DNA from: Octopus sinensis
Lineage: Eukaryota
Direction: 5' to 3'
NCBI RefSeq assembly: GCF_006345805.1
Contig: NC_043003.1
Location: 20,894,001-20,958,000, forward strand
DNA: 64,000 nucleotides
Shown here: positions 1-11,926 of the stretch, piece after piece
How the letters are laid out: every line of letters begins with the position of its first letter
How positions within the stretch are numbered: the first letter of the stretch is position 1
Translations under genes and position numbers: made by a program
The notes under the pieces: generated by a model
The model's database searches: none
The model's input: only the letters and a program-made list of their open reading frames with translations
Told to the model about the DNA's origin: nothing

Positions 1-79
1 CCAAGGTACCTTAAAGTGGGACTGAACCCAAAACCATGTGGTTAGGATGCAAACTTTTAACCACACAGCTATAACTGTT

Positions 80-93
80 CTATATCTATCTAC

Positions 94-189
<96 letters not shown>

Positions 190-249
190 GTCTGTCTGTC
201 TGTCTGCCTGTCTGTCTATCTGTCTGTCTTTCTGTCTGCCGACTGTCTC

Positions 250-285
<36 letters not shown>

Positions 286-370
286 TCTGTCTGTCTGTCT
301 GCCTGCCTGCATGTCTGCCTGTCTGTCTGCCTCCTGTCTGTCTGTCTGTCTATCTATCTATCTGTGTGTA
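80..370. repeat. Compound microsatellite (TATC)n/(TA)n/(TCTG)n
   Basis: Read directly; it explains the low-complexity ORF 38..379. Confidence 0.95.
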
Positions 371-750
371 TGCATGTAAATGTGTATGTGTGAGGTGTGC
401 CTGTAAATGTGTGTGTGTTTCTGTGTGTAAATACATGCAGAATCAAACTTTTTTGCATGGCATTACCATTAAACAGAAACACAGATAACTTCAGCTCTCA
501 CAGGACAAGTCACAAACAAGGTCACCATGCCCTGTTGTTGACAGATGGTCATGGTCACACCATTTAATATCATCCCCAGTTTCATCCTGTATTTTGTTAG
601 GTTAATGTACAGCAGTTGCTTTTACCTGTCTGTGCTAATTTTTTCTTATCTGTCAATCTGTCAATCCATCTGTCCATCCATCCATTCATCCATTCTTCTT
701 CCTTTCTTTCAAAGTTTTTGTTGGCCCTGGGCTATAATAGAAGACACTTC

Positions 751-788
<38 letters not shown>

Positions 789-1014
789 AATGTCTAAATT
801 ATTCACTCACAGGCACACACTGACCTCTCAGTCACTGACCTGCTTTCTCCCTCTCTGTCTCTCTCTCACTGTATGTAAGAGAAAGAGAGAGAGAGAAGGA
901 GAGATGGTAAGAAATGGAGCAATAATTAACAATGAGAAGAGGATCATTTGTGACTTTAAAACACGAATGATTCACTTCTCATTGTTAATTTCTTATCATC
1001 TCTATATATATTAA

Positions 1015-2089
1015 CCCTTTCGTTACCAAACCGCCCAAAAAAAATTTTGGTTAATGTGACCAAACCGCCCAAACCTGCCCGTATTTACCTATTCATATTT
1101 AAATGTGAATATCAGAGCAAATCTCTTTAGTACATTCGTGAAAACACGTATTATACTTCGTAAACAGTTCAACTACAGTTTTGTACAACAATCGAAGCGT
1201 AATTTTAATTCCGTGAATTTTGGGAGATTTTTTTCCGAACTTTGTTCCTATTGTGTTTTCAAAATTTGTAATTCTGACAAAAAATGGATACGAATTTCAT
1301 TATATCAAGCAGCGAGTCAGAATTCGAAAGATTTTCTACTGAAGACCTTCATAAATCTAACTTTATGACTGAAATAAAAAAGCATGAGGTATTTGATAAT
1401 GAATCTGATGTTTCATTTTCCGAAAGTGAAAACAGTGAATCCGAGAGCTCCGACAGCGATAAAGAAAATGAATTGGCACCCGAATGGAGTGAAAATTTAA
1501 AACTGTTTCTTTCGGTGATTTTTCTGAAGAAACTGGACCAAGCCACAGACTTTCCCAGGAGAGTAAAGCCTTAGACTATTTCTTTTTACTTTTTCGAATG
1601 AGCCTATTTGAAATCATTACGGCGGAAACGAACCGTTACGCTAAATGTATACAAAGTGAAAGAAAGGATAGTTAGTGGTTTCCCACAACCTTAAATGAAA
1701 TTAAGACTATTTTGCCATAAATATTATTATGGGTATCAGAAAGTTACCCAGAATAACAAATTCTATCGTAAAATTTTGTTGTATACCCAATTGAATATTA
1801 GCTAATAACCCATTTTCTATAGCGATGTTTGAACAAAATTTTAATAATTTTATATTTTGTTGAATTTACCTGTATCTACCTGCAATTAGAGTCACTTTGT
1901 GACAAAAATTATTGTATAGAATTGGTTGAGAACATTTCATTAAATTATCTTCCAAATATTACATTAATATATTGATAAATAAAAAAGTTATAGTTGTTTA
2001 ATGAAACCAGACTAAATTTATGATTATGTTAGAAATTATTTGAAACACATAAGGGGTGTATTTTGGTCAGAAATATAGTAACGAAAGGG
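1015..2089 (+). mobile_element. Internally deleted piggyBac transposon
   Basis: TIRs CCCTTTCGTTAC...GTAACGAAAGGG with TTAA at 1011-1014 and 2090-2093. An acidic N-terminal ORF (1284..1574) is followed by frameshifted PLDYFFLLF..IITAETNRYAK and EIKTIFAINIIMGIRKLP, typical of piggyBac/PGBD transposases. Confidence 0.9.
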
Positions 2090-2388
2090 TTAAACCACGG
2101 TTTTACCTTTAAATTACCTACTACTGTATACTTTATAATGAGGACTATACATACTGAGGTAGTAGACCAGGAGTGCCTACAGATATATCTATCCCTTAGA
2201 TGATTGCCATAACCTCTAACTTATATATATATATATATATACAAAAAGCAATAAAGATTCAAGTCAATTTAAATGAATTTACTTGAATATGGTACCTAAC
2301 TTAGATGCACCAAAAAACTATACGGTTTTAACAATACAGTAATGTGGGGTGATTATAAGCGAGAAAGAAGCAACAAGAATGGATAAGT

Positions 2389-2479
2389 TTTTAGTACAAT
2401 CGTTTCATACAAGGACAGGCTTTATTAAAAGTTGCAAAAATTGCAGCATATAAACGTGTCCCGTACTCATCAGCTAAAA
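2389..2479 (-). ncRNA. Type I minimal hammerhead ribozyme, mirror copy
   Basis: Reverse complement of 3144-3234; TCATCAG at 2467-2473. Confidence 0.85.
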
Positions 2480-3143
2480 TACATGTGAGTTCTCTAGACA
2501 TCTTAGTGGTTGAGGCTATACTCATGAAGTAATGTAGATAATTAATTAACATAAACAGATTTCCAAAGTTCATTAAAGTTCTTTAAAGATGATGTACAGT
2601 CTTATCACAGAATTTTAAAAAAGTTTTAATAGCATCACAGAGAAGGTGACTTAATCCATAGTGTACATATGAATTTCCAGAGATATGAGGAGGGATTACA
2701 TACTCACAGACGACAAATTTATCCATGGCTAATCACAACGAGGTGGGTCTCAATTCCTGCTTATTAGCATTACAGAGAGGGTGAATTAATCCTTTGTATA
2801 GATGCACAATTTCCAATGGTGTAGATGTAAATTTCCAGAGAAATGAAGAGGAATTTCATATTCACAGACGATAAATTTATCAATGGTTGAACACAATGAG
2901 GTAGGTATCAATTCTTGCTATATGTAATCCCTCCTCATATCTCTGGAAATTCATATGTACACTATGGATTAAGTCACCTTCTCTGTGATGCTATTAAAAC
3001 TTTTTTTAAATTCTGTGATAAGACTGTACATCATCTTTAAAGAACTTTAATGAACTTTGGAAATCTGTTTATGTTAATTAATTATCTACATTACTTCATG
3101 AGTATAGCCTCAACCACTAAGATGTCTAGAGAACTCACATGTA

Positions 3144-3234
3144 TTTTAGCTGATGAGTACGGGACACGTTTATATGCTGCAATTTTTGCAACTTTTAATA
3201 AAGCCTGTCCTTGTATGAAACGATTGTACTAAAA
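3144..3234 (+). ncRNA. Type I minimal hammerhead ribozyme, core intact
   Basis: Stem I UUUUAG(3144-49)/CUAAAA(3229-34); CUGAUGA 3150-56; stem II GUACGGGACA(3157-66)/UGUCCUUGUAU(3206-16); GAAA 3217-20; short self-complementary helix III ACGAUUGU; GUA cleavage triplet 3226-28. Confidence 0.85.
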
Positions 3235-3265
3235 ACTTATCCATTCTTGTTGCTTCTTTCTCGCG

Positions 3266-3299
<34 letters not shown>

Positions 3300-3302
<3 letters not shown>

Positions 3303-3443
3303 TCTTTGGAGCACCGCCTTTAGTCGAGCAAATTGGCTCCAGGACTTATTCTATCGGTCTCTTTTGGCGAACCGCTAAGTTACAGGGATGTAAACACACC
3401 ACCATCGGTTGTCAAGCAGTGTTGGGAGTACAAATACAGACAC

Positions 3444-3517
<74 letters not shown>

Positions 3518-4242
3518 TTAGTGAAGGGAAGAAATGGAGCTGAACGAAGGTTCTACAGAATTCCTTTTATTATTTTTTGCACATGTTTCAAGGACCGCAA
3601 ATTTCCAAATTCGGATTGAATAAGGAGACCATTTTGCAGCTTTCTCTTCAGGAAAATCCAGGAATTTAAATCTCCAAACAAATGCGCAGAGTTTGTGCCA
3701 TTCCATGGGCTCCTAAGGAGCGTTTTGTTCGAATTGCTTGCTGCGCATTTGTTTGGAGATTTAAATTCCTGGATTTTCCTGAAGAGAAAGCTGCAAAATG
3801 GTCTCCTTATTCAATCCAAATTTGGAAATTTGCGGTCTTTGAAACATGTGTAGAAAATAATAAAAGGAATTCTGTAGAATCTTCGTTCAGCTCCATTTCT
3901 TCCCTTCACTAAATATATTAAACTTCAATTATCCGCGCTAAGGCACGGTTGCGACACCCCATGGTCGTAACTTCAACCGTGTTTTTTCTGTTGTGATTTT
4001 TGCTACCCAGGTATCGGTTAAATTTTGAATAATCCGTAACAAGATAATTCATTTATCCATTTCAATAAATATATATATACAACGAGCTTCCCTCAGTTAC
4101 CGTCTACTAAATTCACTCGCAAGGCTTTGGTCAGCCCGTGGTTATAGTAGAAGACACTTGCCCAAGGTGCCACATAGTGGGACTGAACCCAGAGCCATGT
4201 GGTTGGTAAGCAAGCTACTTACCACACAGCCACTCCTGCACC
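3300..4242 (-). mobile_element. tRNA-derived SINE (family A) split at its internal (CA)n/(TA)n tract by nested insertions
   Basis: The 3' part (3300-3450) and 5' part (about 4080-4242) match the contiguous copies at 9348-9742 and 35869-36275. Confidence 0.8.
3512..3918. mobile_element. Fold-back MITE with ~177-bp arms (3512-3688 / 3742-3918)
   Basis: Arms AGTGAAGGGAAGAAATGGAGC...TGCGCA and their reverse complement, in TA-rich flanks; explains the mirrored ORFs 3518..3706 and 3682..3912. Confidence 0.85.
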
Positions 4243-4269
4243 TGGCAGCAATATATGACAAATGAATAC

Positions 4270-4545
4270 CACTATGGAGACCGGCTGAAAAATTAGGCAA
4301 AGATGGCTGCAACTATCTGGTCATTGTGTGTGCCACTTTGAAGTGGAAGCATCCAAATTAGTCTTGTGGAATCCACTTCATGGTGATGTAAGCAGAGGAA
4401 AACGTCATCATACTTACATCGACAACTTGATTGCAGACACTGGCTTGGAATGTATCCAGGACCTCGAGGAAATGATGACAGATCAAGAAGTGTAGAAGGT
4501 AGACTTTGTTGCTGTGGATCGGGTTGGAAACCGGCCATAATAATA
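4270..4545 (+). mobile_element. RTE/RTE-X LINE 3' fragment
   Basis: Translates as LSGHCVCHFEVEASKLVLWNPLHGDVSRGKRHHTYIDNLIADTGLE..., which matches the RTE-group C-terminal motif. Confidence 0.7.
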
Positions 4546-5320
4546 AATATTTTGAAAGTTTGCTTTTCCAGTTTCCAGTAAGGATAGTGAGGCACAATGA
4601 GTAATATTTACTGCATTTTCAACATTGAGAAAAAAAAGTATTTTTATAAATCTTCACTACCTAAGCAAATGACCTTCTTTAAATGAATTAAAAACATTAT
4701 AACATATTCAGAACACTGTTTCAGAAAATTATCTCCATTCTCTTTGAGTATATAAAAGACAAATTCAGATGGAACAAAATGAGTAAGACAAGCTAAGATA
4801 AATCTGCCTCCTCAATTCTCCAGAATTACATTCTTTGACACCAGAAAGTTCAGAAATTGGACAAAAATTAAAATGTCTAGGTCAAAAGAACTCAACCTAA
4901 AATAGCCATTAAATCATAGACAAAAACATTTTTGGGGTTTCTTCATAGTTGCTTGAATTCATGTGTGTAGAATACAAATTTGCAAAAATTTTCCCGAAAA
5001 TTCCAAATAATGAAAAAACATTATGAGGAGTTATATGGGGCACTTAAAGCAGAATTCAACATGGCTCTCTTCCTGATACAAGTATTAAAATTAATCATTA
5101 CTCATTTTGCCCGATTTAGACATCATATTTTGAAAATTGAAAATATTTTCTTTATGAAATTATTCTTTCCATAAAATAATCCTAAGTTATTCACATATTT
5201 CTGCCAGCTTGATTTATCTTTTATCTTTTACTTGTTTCTTTCATTAGATTGCAGCCATGCTAAGCCACCACCATGAACAATTTTTAGTTGGATAAATCAA
5301 CCCCACGACTTATTTTGTAA

Positions 5321-5540
5321 CCCTTTTCTTACCAACCTGGCTGAAACCAGCTCTGGCTCTGAGTATAAATGTCTTGTTTCCATAAGTTTTGAATTAAAAT
5401 CTTCAACCAAACCTTAGTCATAATTTATGTTCCTAACACCAGCTTAATGATAACTAAGTTATTTTACTAAATTCTTTGTTATAGTTAAAGTAAGTGAAAG
5501 AAACATAGAGCATCTCAAAATAAATTCAGTAACGAAAGGG
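5321..5540. mobile_element. 220-bp piggyBac-type MITE nested in a family A SINE
   Basis: CCCTTT...AAAGGG ends with GTAA/TTAA flanks; a homologous copy lies at 54849-55070. Confidence 0.85.
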
Positions 5541-6089
5541 TTAAACCTGGTACTTACTCCATCAGTCTCTGGCCAAACCACTAAGATACAGAGGCATAAA
5601 GATGCCAACCCAAGTTGTCAGCTGGTGGTGATGGTGGTGGTGATAGTGGAGGGACAACTACAGATACAAAGACACCTCACCTACACACACACACATATAT
5701 ATATATGACAGGCTCCTTTCAGTTTCTATCTACCAAATCCACTCTTAAGTCTTCGGTCAGCCAGTGGCTAAGGTGCCATGCATTTGGACTGAACCCAAAA
5801 CCATGTGGTTGAGAAGCAAGCTTCTTATGACACAGCCTTACCCGCACCTATATTATCATATCTATACTATTTAATTTATCCAATTAATTATAATCAACCC
5901 TTTCATACTAAATTAAATCAAAAATAATATTCAAAAGATAAAAACCAACCTAGCTTTCAATGGTGTAAAAAAATGAAGTGGCTATGTCCTATGTTTATAT
6001 GAAATCTCTCAGCTCTTATCTTTTGAAAATTTCATTACTTGCACATATAATGTATGGAAATGCAAAACAAATTATACTTTGTTTTGCTG

Positions 6090-7430
6090 TGCAAAAGAGA
6101 AGACCGTGCTGCTATGGTTGTATTTCGATATCAATGCTTCTACTCACACAACTACTAATCATATAACCACCAATGGATTTCCTGTTTTCTCACATCCTAC
6201 ATGTTTACCATCTGAAAAACTCAAAGCTGCTAAAGTAGAGTGCAGCCACATGCTCCAGCTTGGAATAATTTGTGCTTCAAAGAGTGACTGGTCACTACCA
6301 CTTCATTTAGTAAAAAAGAATTCCAGTGATTTTAGACCTACTGGTGACTATAGATGACACAACGCTATTACCACTCCAGACAGGTATCCTATACCAATTC
6401 TAGAAGATTTTGCATCTTCTCTGCATGGTCGCACTCTTTCCTCAAAAATAGATTTGATACGAGCATACCATCATATTCCTGTAAACCCAACTGATGTTCC
6501 GAAAATGGCTATTGCACCTCAATTCGGATCATTTGAATTTCTTACCATGCCCTTTGGATTAAAGAACACCACCAGTTACTATTCAACGTTTCATTGATGA
6601 AGTAATACGTGGATTAGATTTTGTCTATGCCTATATTGATGATCTTCTCATCACTAGTTCTTCTGAGAAAGAACTTGAGATTACAAAAGGTTTTCTCAAT
6701 ACAGAATTCACATCAACACTACCAAATGCATTTTTGGTGTGCCTTCTCTCACTTTTCTTGAACACACCATTGATAAGGATGGAATTAGGCTTTTGCCAGA
6801 GAAGGTTGAGGCTATCGTAAAAATTCCAGTTTCTGCTTCATTAAGACAGCTCAGGCAATTTCTTGAATTAGCTAATTTCTATTGACACTTTATACCTCAT
6901 AGTGCTGAAACTTTATACCCTCTCAGCAAATTGCTGCAACACCACAAGAAGAAAACAGAAAAGATCATTTTAACTCCTGCTGAACTACAAGCTTTCAATG
7001 ATGTTAATGTTAAAGAAAAACTTTTTCGTGTCCCCATGTTGACTCACCCCATTCTTGATGCTGAAATTTCTCTTGTAGTCAACACCTCTGAAATTGACAT
7101 TGGCCCAGTCATTCAACATCTTCACCATGACGAATGACAACTACTGGCCTCTTTCCCTAAGCAGTTAAAACCAGCTGAAACTAAATATAGCACATTCAGT
7201 CATGAAGTGTTAGCTATTTACCTCTCAGTTAAACAATTTCAACATATTTTAGAAGGGAGAAACCTTGTAATTTTTACAGACCATAAGCTATTATCTTTCA
7301 CTTTACACAGCATGCCAGATAAATTTTCCCCAACATTTGGATTACATTTCACAATTCATGAGTGATATATGATACATTCCAGGTGCTGAGAACATTGTTG
7401 CAGATTTTTTTATCCTGTTTACCTGTCATG
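6090..7430 (+). mobile_element. Decayed Ty3/Gypsy pol fragment (RT-RNase H)
   Basis: SDWSLPLHLVKK..FRPTGDYR, DRYPIP, KIDLIRAYHHIPV, MPFGLKN, YAYIDDLLI, FTDHK motifs, interrupted by stops and frameshifts. Confidence 0.92.
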
Positions 7431-7526
7431 TAAATTTCAACTGTAGAAATTAACTTAATGTGATCGACCTACCCTACTCACTTGAAATTCTGGCCTTACA
7501 CCAACATTTGAAAGCATTATTATTGA

Positions 7527-7529
<3 letters not shown>

Positions 7530-7565
<36 letters not shown>

Positions 7566-8050
7566 GTTTAACGTCCGCTTTCCATGCTAGCATGGGTTGG
7601 ACAATTTTGACTGAGGGCTAGCAAACCAGATGGCTGCATCAGGCTCCAATCTTGATCTGGCAGAGTTTCTACAGCTGGATGCCCTTCCTAAAGCCAACCA
7701 CTCCAAGAGTGTAGTGGGTGCTTTTTACGTGCCACTGGCACGGGGGCCAGTCAGGCAGTACTGGCAATGACCTCGCTCAAATCCTTTTACACATGCCACC
7801 GGCACAGGTGCCAGTAAGGCGACGTTGGTAACGATCATGCTCGAATAGTGCCCTTTTACGTACCACCGGCATGAAAGCCAGTTAGCTGTTCTGGCAACAA
7901 TCACACTCAGATGGGGCTCTTGGCACCCAACTAGCATGGGCACAAGTGCCAGTAAGGTGACGCTGGTAACGATCACACTCAAATGGTGCCTTTTATATGC
8001 CACTGACATGGAAGCCGGTTAGCTGCTCTGTCAACGATTACACTCATATA
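7530..8050 (-). mobile_element. (CAT)n-tailed SINE-like repeat (family C) with internal tandem subrepeats
   Basis: Homologous segments at 19870-20460, 35060-35370, 41530-41825, 45580-45850 and 61150-61630. Confidence 0.8.
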
Positions 8051-8433
8051 TGTTAATAACACAACCAAGAACTAATTAAGGAATCTTTTAAAGATGTTTA
8101 AGAAAATGAAAGCTAAATATAATTTTCCTTGTATTTTAAACACCCATTGACCAAATTTCAAGTCTGCATGTAAGCAATTAACAAAAGTTAATTAACAAAG
8201 TTGCAAACAAACATTGTTAATATCCATCTTGAGCATGATTGCTTTAAAACAATATGAATAAATTAGCATTACACTTGGTAAAGCAATAATGTAATTTCAA
8301 AAGGTTAAAAGAACTAATATTTAAACTAGTTTTTTAGTTTTCAGTTCTGAAATATAACAATTCTAAAGTTAAGCAGAATCAATTAGGAAAATTATTTTTG
8401 TGACATAAATTAACTGATGTTTATTAATTAAAT

Positions 8434-9150
8434 TTGTGTTGGACAAAACACATCGCTAAAATTGCCAAGAAGGCTGAGGGTGTCTTGGCATCACTCAACA
8501 AGTCCTTTGTGAGCCACTCTTCGGCTATCTATCTGCAGCTTTATATAGCTATTGTACGACCCCACCTGGAATTTGCATCACCAGTCTGGAACCATCTTGC
8601 CCAGGATATTAATCGTCTGGAAGCCGTTCAGTGACGTGCAACCAAGAGAATACCCTCCATCAGGCATTTGCCATATTCTGAACGCCTTACTTCCCTGGGC
8701 ATGGATACAGTGACACTCCGACACCTGGCAGCTGACTTGGCAGACACCTATAAAATTATTAACCATCTTACCAACAATAACTCTGAGCACCTTTTCAAAC
8801 TCCATCTGTCAAACAATCGTGGACATGTTTACAAAGTCAGAAAACAGCACAACTCCCATGACTTTCGGAAACAGTTTTTCATGCTAAGAGTTGCTGAAGC
8901 ATGGAACAAACTGCCGGCATCAGTTGTTAGTTGTCGGAGCACTGCATCTTTCAAAACTTCCATGCTTCCAGAGATTCACCAACACTACACCTGATTTTCT
9001 CCCCTCCATACACATGCAAGCATGTATCTGACTCATACACTGTTCACTTTCCAGACATTTGTACATTACTGCATATGCTTTATATGCACTTTTGACAAGT
9101 TGTGGTGCACCTGAGCACTGTATAAAAAAATTCATTATTATTATTATTAA
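8434..9150 (+). mobile_element. CR1/L2-group LINE 3' end
   Basis: LYIAIVRPHLEFASPVWN, RLEAVQ*RATKRIP, YSERL..LG, RVAEAWNKLP; the 3' UTR ends in (ATT)n, and a 3'-tail fragment recurs near 33350-33410. Confidence 0.9.
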
Positions 9151-9347
9151 TTAAATTACTTACAAAGGAGAATGAATGTGACATAGATTTTGAGATTTAA
9201 TAAAACAAAAAAAAAAAAGAAATAATAATGGTTATTTTTTCAATAGCAGGTGAATGTGAGAGGTGATATAGAATTGCAAATGACATGTTTGAAATATCTG
9301 AATAACTTAACTAAAATATAGAGTTTCCAGTGAGCTGTTTGAATTAC

Positions 9348-9742
9348 TCTCTTTTACTTATTTCAGTCATTTGACTGCAGCCATCCTGGAGCACCACCTT
9401 TAGTCAAGAAAATCGACTCCAGGACTTATTCTTTGTAAGCCTAGTACTTATTTTATCGGTCTCTTATGCCAAACCCGCTAAGTTACGGGGACGTAAATAC
9501 ACCAGCATCGGTTGTCAAGCAATGTTGGGGGGACAAACACAGACACACAAACATACACATACATATGTATACATATATACGACGGGCTTCTTTCAGTTTC
9601 CATCTACCAAATCCACTCACAAGGCTTTGGTCGGCCTGAGGCTATAGTAGAAGACACTTGCCCAAGGTGCCACGCAGTGGGAATGAACCCGTAACCATGT
9701 GGCTGGTAAGCAAGCTACTTACCACACAGCCACTCCTGTGCC
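9348..9742 (-). mobile_element. Full-length family A tRNA-derived SINE
   Basis: tRNA-like head with A/B-box-like motifs; more than 15 partial or full copies in the window. Confidence 0.9.
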
Positions 9743-10050
9743 TATTAAATTGTTAATTAAGTAAAATAATATTGGTTTCGAATTTTCGCAGAAGGCTGGC
9801 AATTCTGGGGGAGAGGATAAGTTAATTACATCAACCTCACTACACAACTGGTACTTATTCAATCGACCCTGAAAGGATGAAAGGCAAAGTCAACCTCAGC
9901 GGAATTTGAACTTTGAACACAAAGATGGGCGCTACTAAGCACTTTGCCTGATGCAAAAATGATCTATCTGCCAGCTCACCTCCTTATTAAGAAAAATAAT
10001 ATTGACATGCTTCTAATAATGGAGCAGGAATTTCCAGCTTTATATAAACA

Positions 10051-10895
10051 CTAGCAGAATTGCCCGGCGTTGCTCGGGGCTGAATTGCTTGAAAGTACTG
10101 TTAATGATTGCACTGAATTATGATGATTATTCAGGCAAATATTGATATAAGCTTACGGTGGGAGATAAGGACTTAACGATCAAACGTGTGCCATTGCATT
10201 GTTTTGGGAGAAACAAATTTCTGATGAGCATTATAGGGGCACCAACTTTAAGTTTGAGAAAGTGTGGTGGTAGTCCGGGGTGCTCAAAGGAATTGAGTAC
10301 CTCTATTGGATAGTTGATGACGTCCTCTGGGTCAGGAGTTGTATCAATAGACTGATATACATAGACTTCCCCAGGAATGAGTTTTAGCATTTCATCATTA
10401 ATATGGTGAACAGTTTTATTCCTCGGGGCCAGTATAGCCTTTTTGCCAATCCAATCCATATTCCGATAATTAGCTTGTAGATCTGGGAACACTGCATCTC
10501 TGAGATGAGAAGGCGTCTTAACAATGGTACAAATGGAATCGATGGCAATATTACCATTTTCATCCCCTGGTATTTTGCCTTCGCCAAGTGCAAGGAGGGT
10601 GTGAGGAAATGCTGCTGATGTGATATTACGTCGCATATGAGCACGCATATTGGTGTGAAGTTTGAGAGTTACTTCCCTTTATTTAAAAAAATATGCATTA
10701 AAATGGAAAAAAATGATGGTAAATTATTTGTAAAATCATAGACTCATCGTAGACGCGCGCTAATACCCAGAAGGGCTCGATATGAATCACGACTATAAGA
10801 TACCCGGTTTTGGTTAAACTGCATCGCAAAATGTGGGAGTAGTTAGGAATCTAAATCGGAGTAGACAGACACACAACCTTTCTTTTATATATAAA
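10051..10895 (-). mobile_element. Helitron fragment with PIF1 helicase segment
   Basis: ORF 10127..10648 has AILAPRNKTV..IN and GLPPHFLKLKVGAPIMLIRNL..CNGTRL. On the minus strand a 3' hairpin CCCGAGCAACGCCGGG is followed by CTAG then T. Confidence 0.92.
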
Positions 10896-10897
10896 TA

Positions 10898-11380
10898 TTT
10901 TCGTCCTAAAAAACTTTGTATGGATTGAATGGTTACCTCTATGGAAATATATACACGCACATTATACATACATGTGTATATAGATGAATATATAAATACA
11001 TTTAAATATCTATATACACTTTTGGGCGATCTTTCTGTTTCTTAGAGATAACTTTAGATCTTATTTTCGTGCTAAAAAACTTTGTATGGAGTGAATGGTT
11101 ACCTCTATGGAAATATATACACACACGTTATACATACATGTGTGCATAGATGAATATATAAATATATTTATATATCTATATACACTTTTGGGCGATCTCT
11201 GTGCTACTTAGAGATAACTTTAGATCTTATTTTCGTCCTAAAAAACTTTGTGCGGAGTGAATGGTTACGTGTATGGAAATATATACACACACGTTATACA
11301 TACATCTGTGTATAGATGAATATATAAATACATTTAAATATCTATATACACTTTTGGGCGATCTTTCTGCTACTTGGATA
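10898..11380. repeat. Three ~165-bp tandem repeats
   Basis: Units start near 10898, 11065 and 11229 (TTTTCGTCCTAAAAAACTTTG...); a fourth partial unit resumes after 11826. Confidence 0.9.
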
Positions 11381-11384
11381 TAGG

Positions 11385-11825
11385 GGCGATGTTTCGCTTG
11401 TCGTAGCACACGTTTCCGTCGATTTCCGTAAAAAATGTAAACACTGAATCGGCCATACATACATACATACATACACACACACATACATACACACACACAC
11501 ATACATGCATACATACATATACACATAAACCGAGTAAAAAATTTCAGTTATCTCTCTCTTTCACACATTACTCTCTCTGTCTCTTCACACACACTAACAG
11601 AAGCACTTCACTTACACAACATACTGTCTGTCTCCCACACTCCATCCAACACACACACACACACACATGTACATCAATGCGTCCCATGCACGGTAACTTC
11701 AAAAGAACTTCCCTCGTCATACAATCGCTTTCTCTTAGTCTCTTTCGCTCTCATTACTTATGTAAAAAAATAATTTTTTTACGGAAATCGACGGAAACCT
11801 GTGCTATGACAAGCGAAACATCGCC
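11385..11825. mobile_element. Merlin-type MITE
   Basis: ~55-bp TIRs starting GGCGATGTTTCGCTTG; perfect 8-bp TSD GATATAGG at 11377-84 and 11826-33. Family assignment is inferred from the GG ends and 8-bp TSD. Confidence 0.8.
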
Positions 11826-11829
11826 GATA

Positions 11830-11881
11830 TAGGTCTTATATTCATCCTAAAATACTTTCCTGTCACACACTCACGCACACG

Positions 11882-11926
<45 letters not shown>

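Larger units (their letters stand above)
2359..3264. mobile_element. Near-perfect 344-bp inverted repeat (arms 2359-2702 and 2921-3264, 218-bp spacer); Penelope-like pLTR-type element with outward-pointing arms
   Basis: The arms are reverse complements with only one mismatch noticed, and give identical 60-aa ORFs on opposite strands. Each arm holds a hammerhead fold, and the right arm ends at a (TA)n tract. Confidence 0.8.

Noticed and set aside
38-1014. ORFs 38..379, 545..790 and 616..1014
   Set aside because: Microsatellite and low-complexity translations.
3050-3232. Duplicated 60-aa ORF (also 2391..2573) as a novel peptide gene
   Set aside because: It starts at TTG, the identity simply reflects the inverted repeat, and it overlaps the hammerhead; no splice or homology support.
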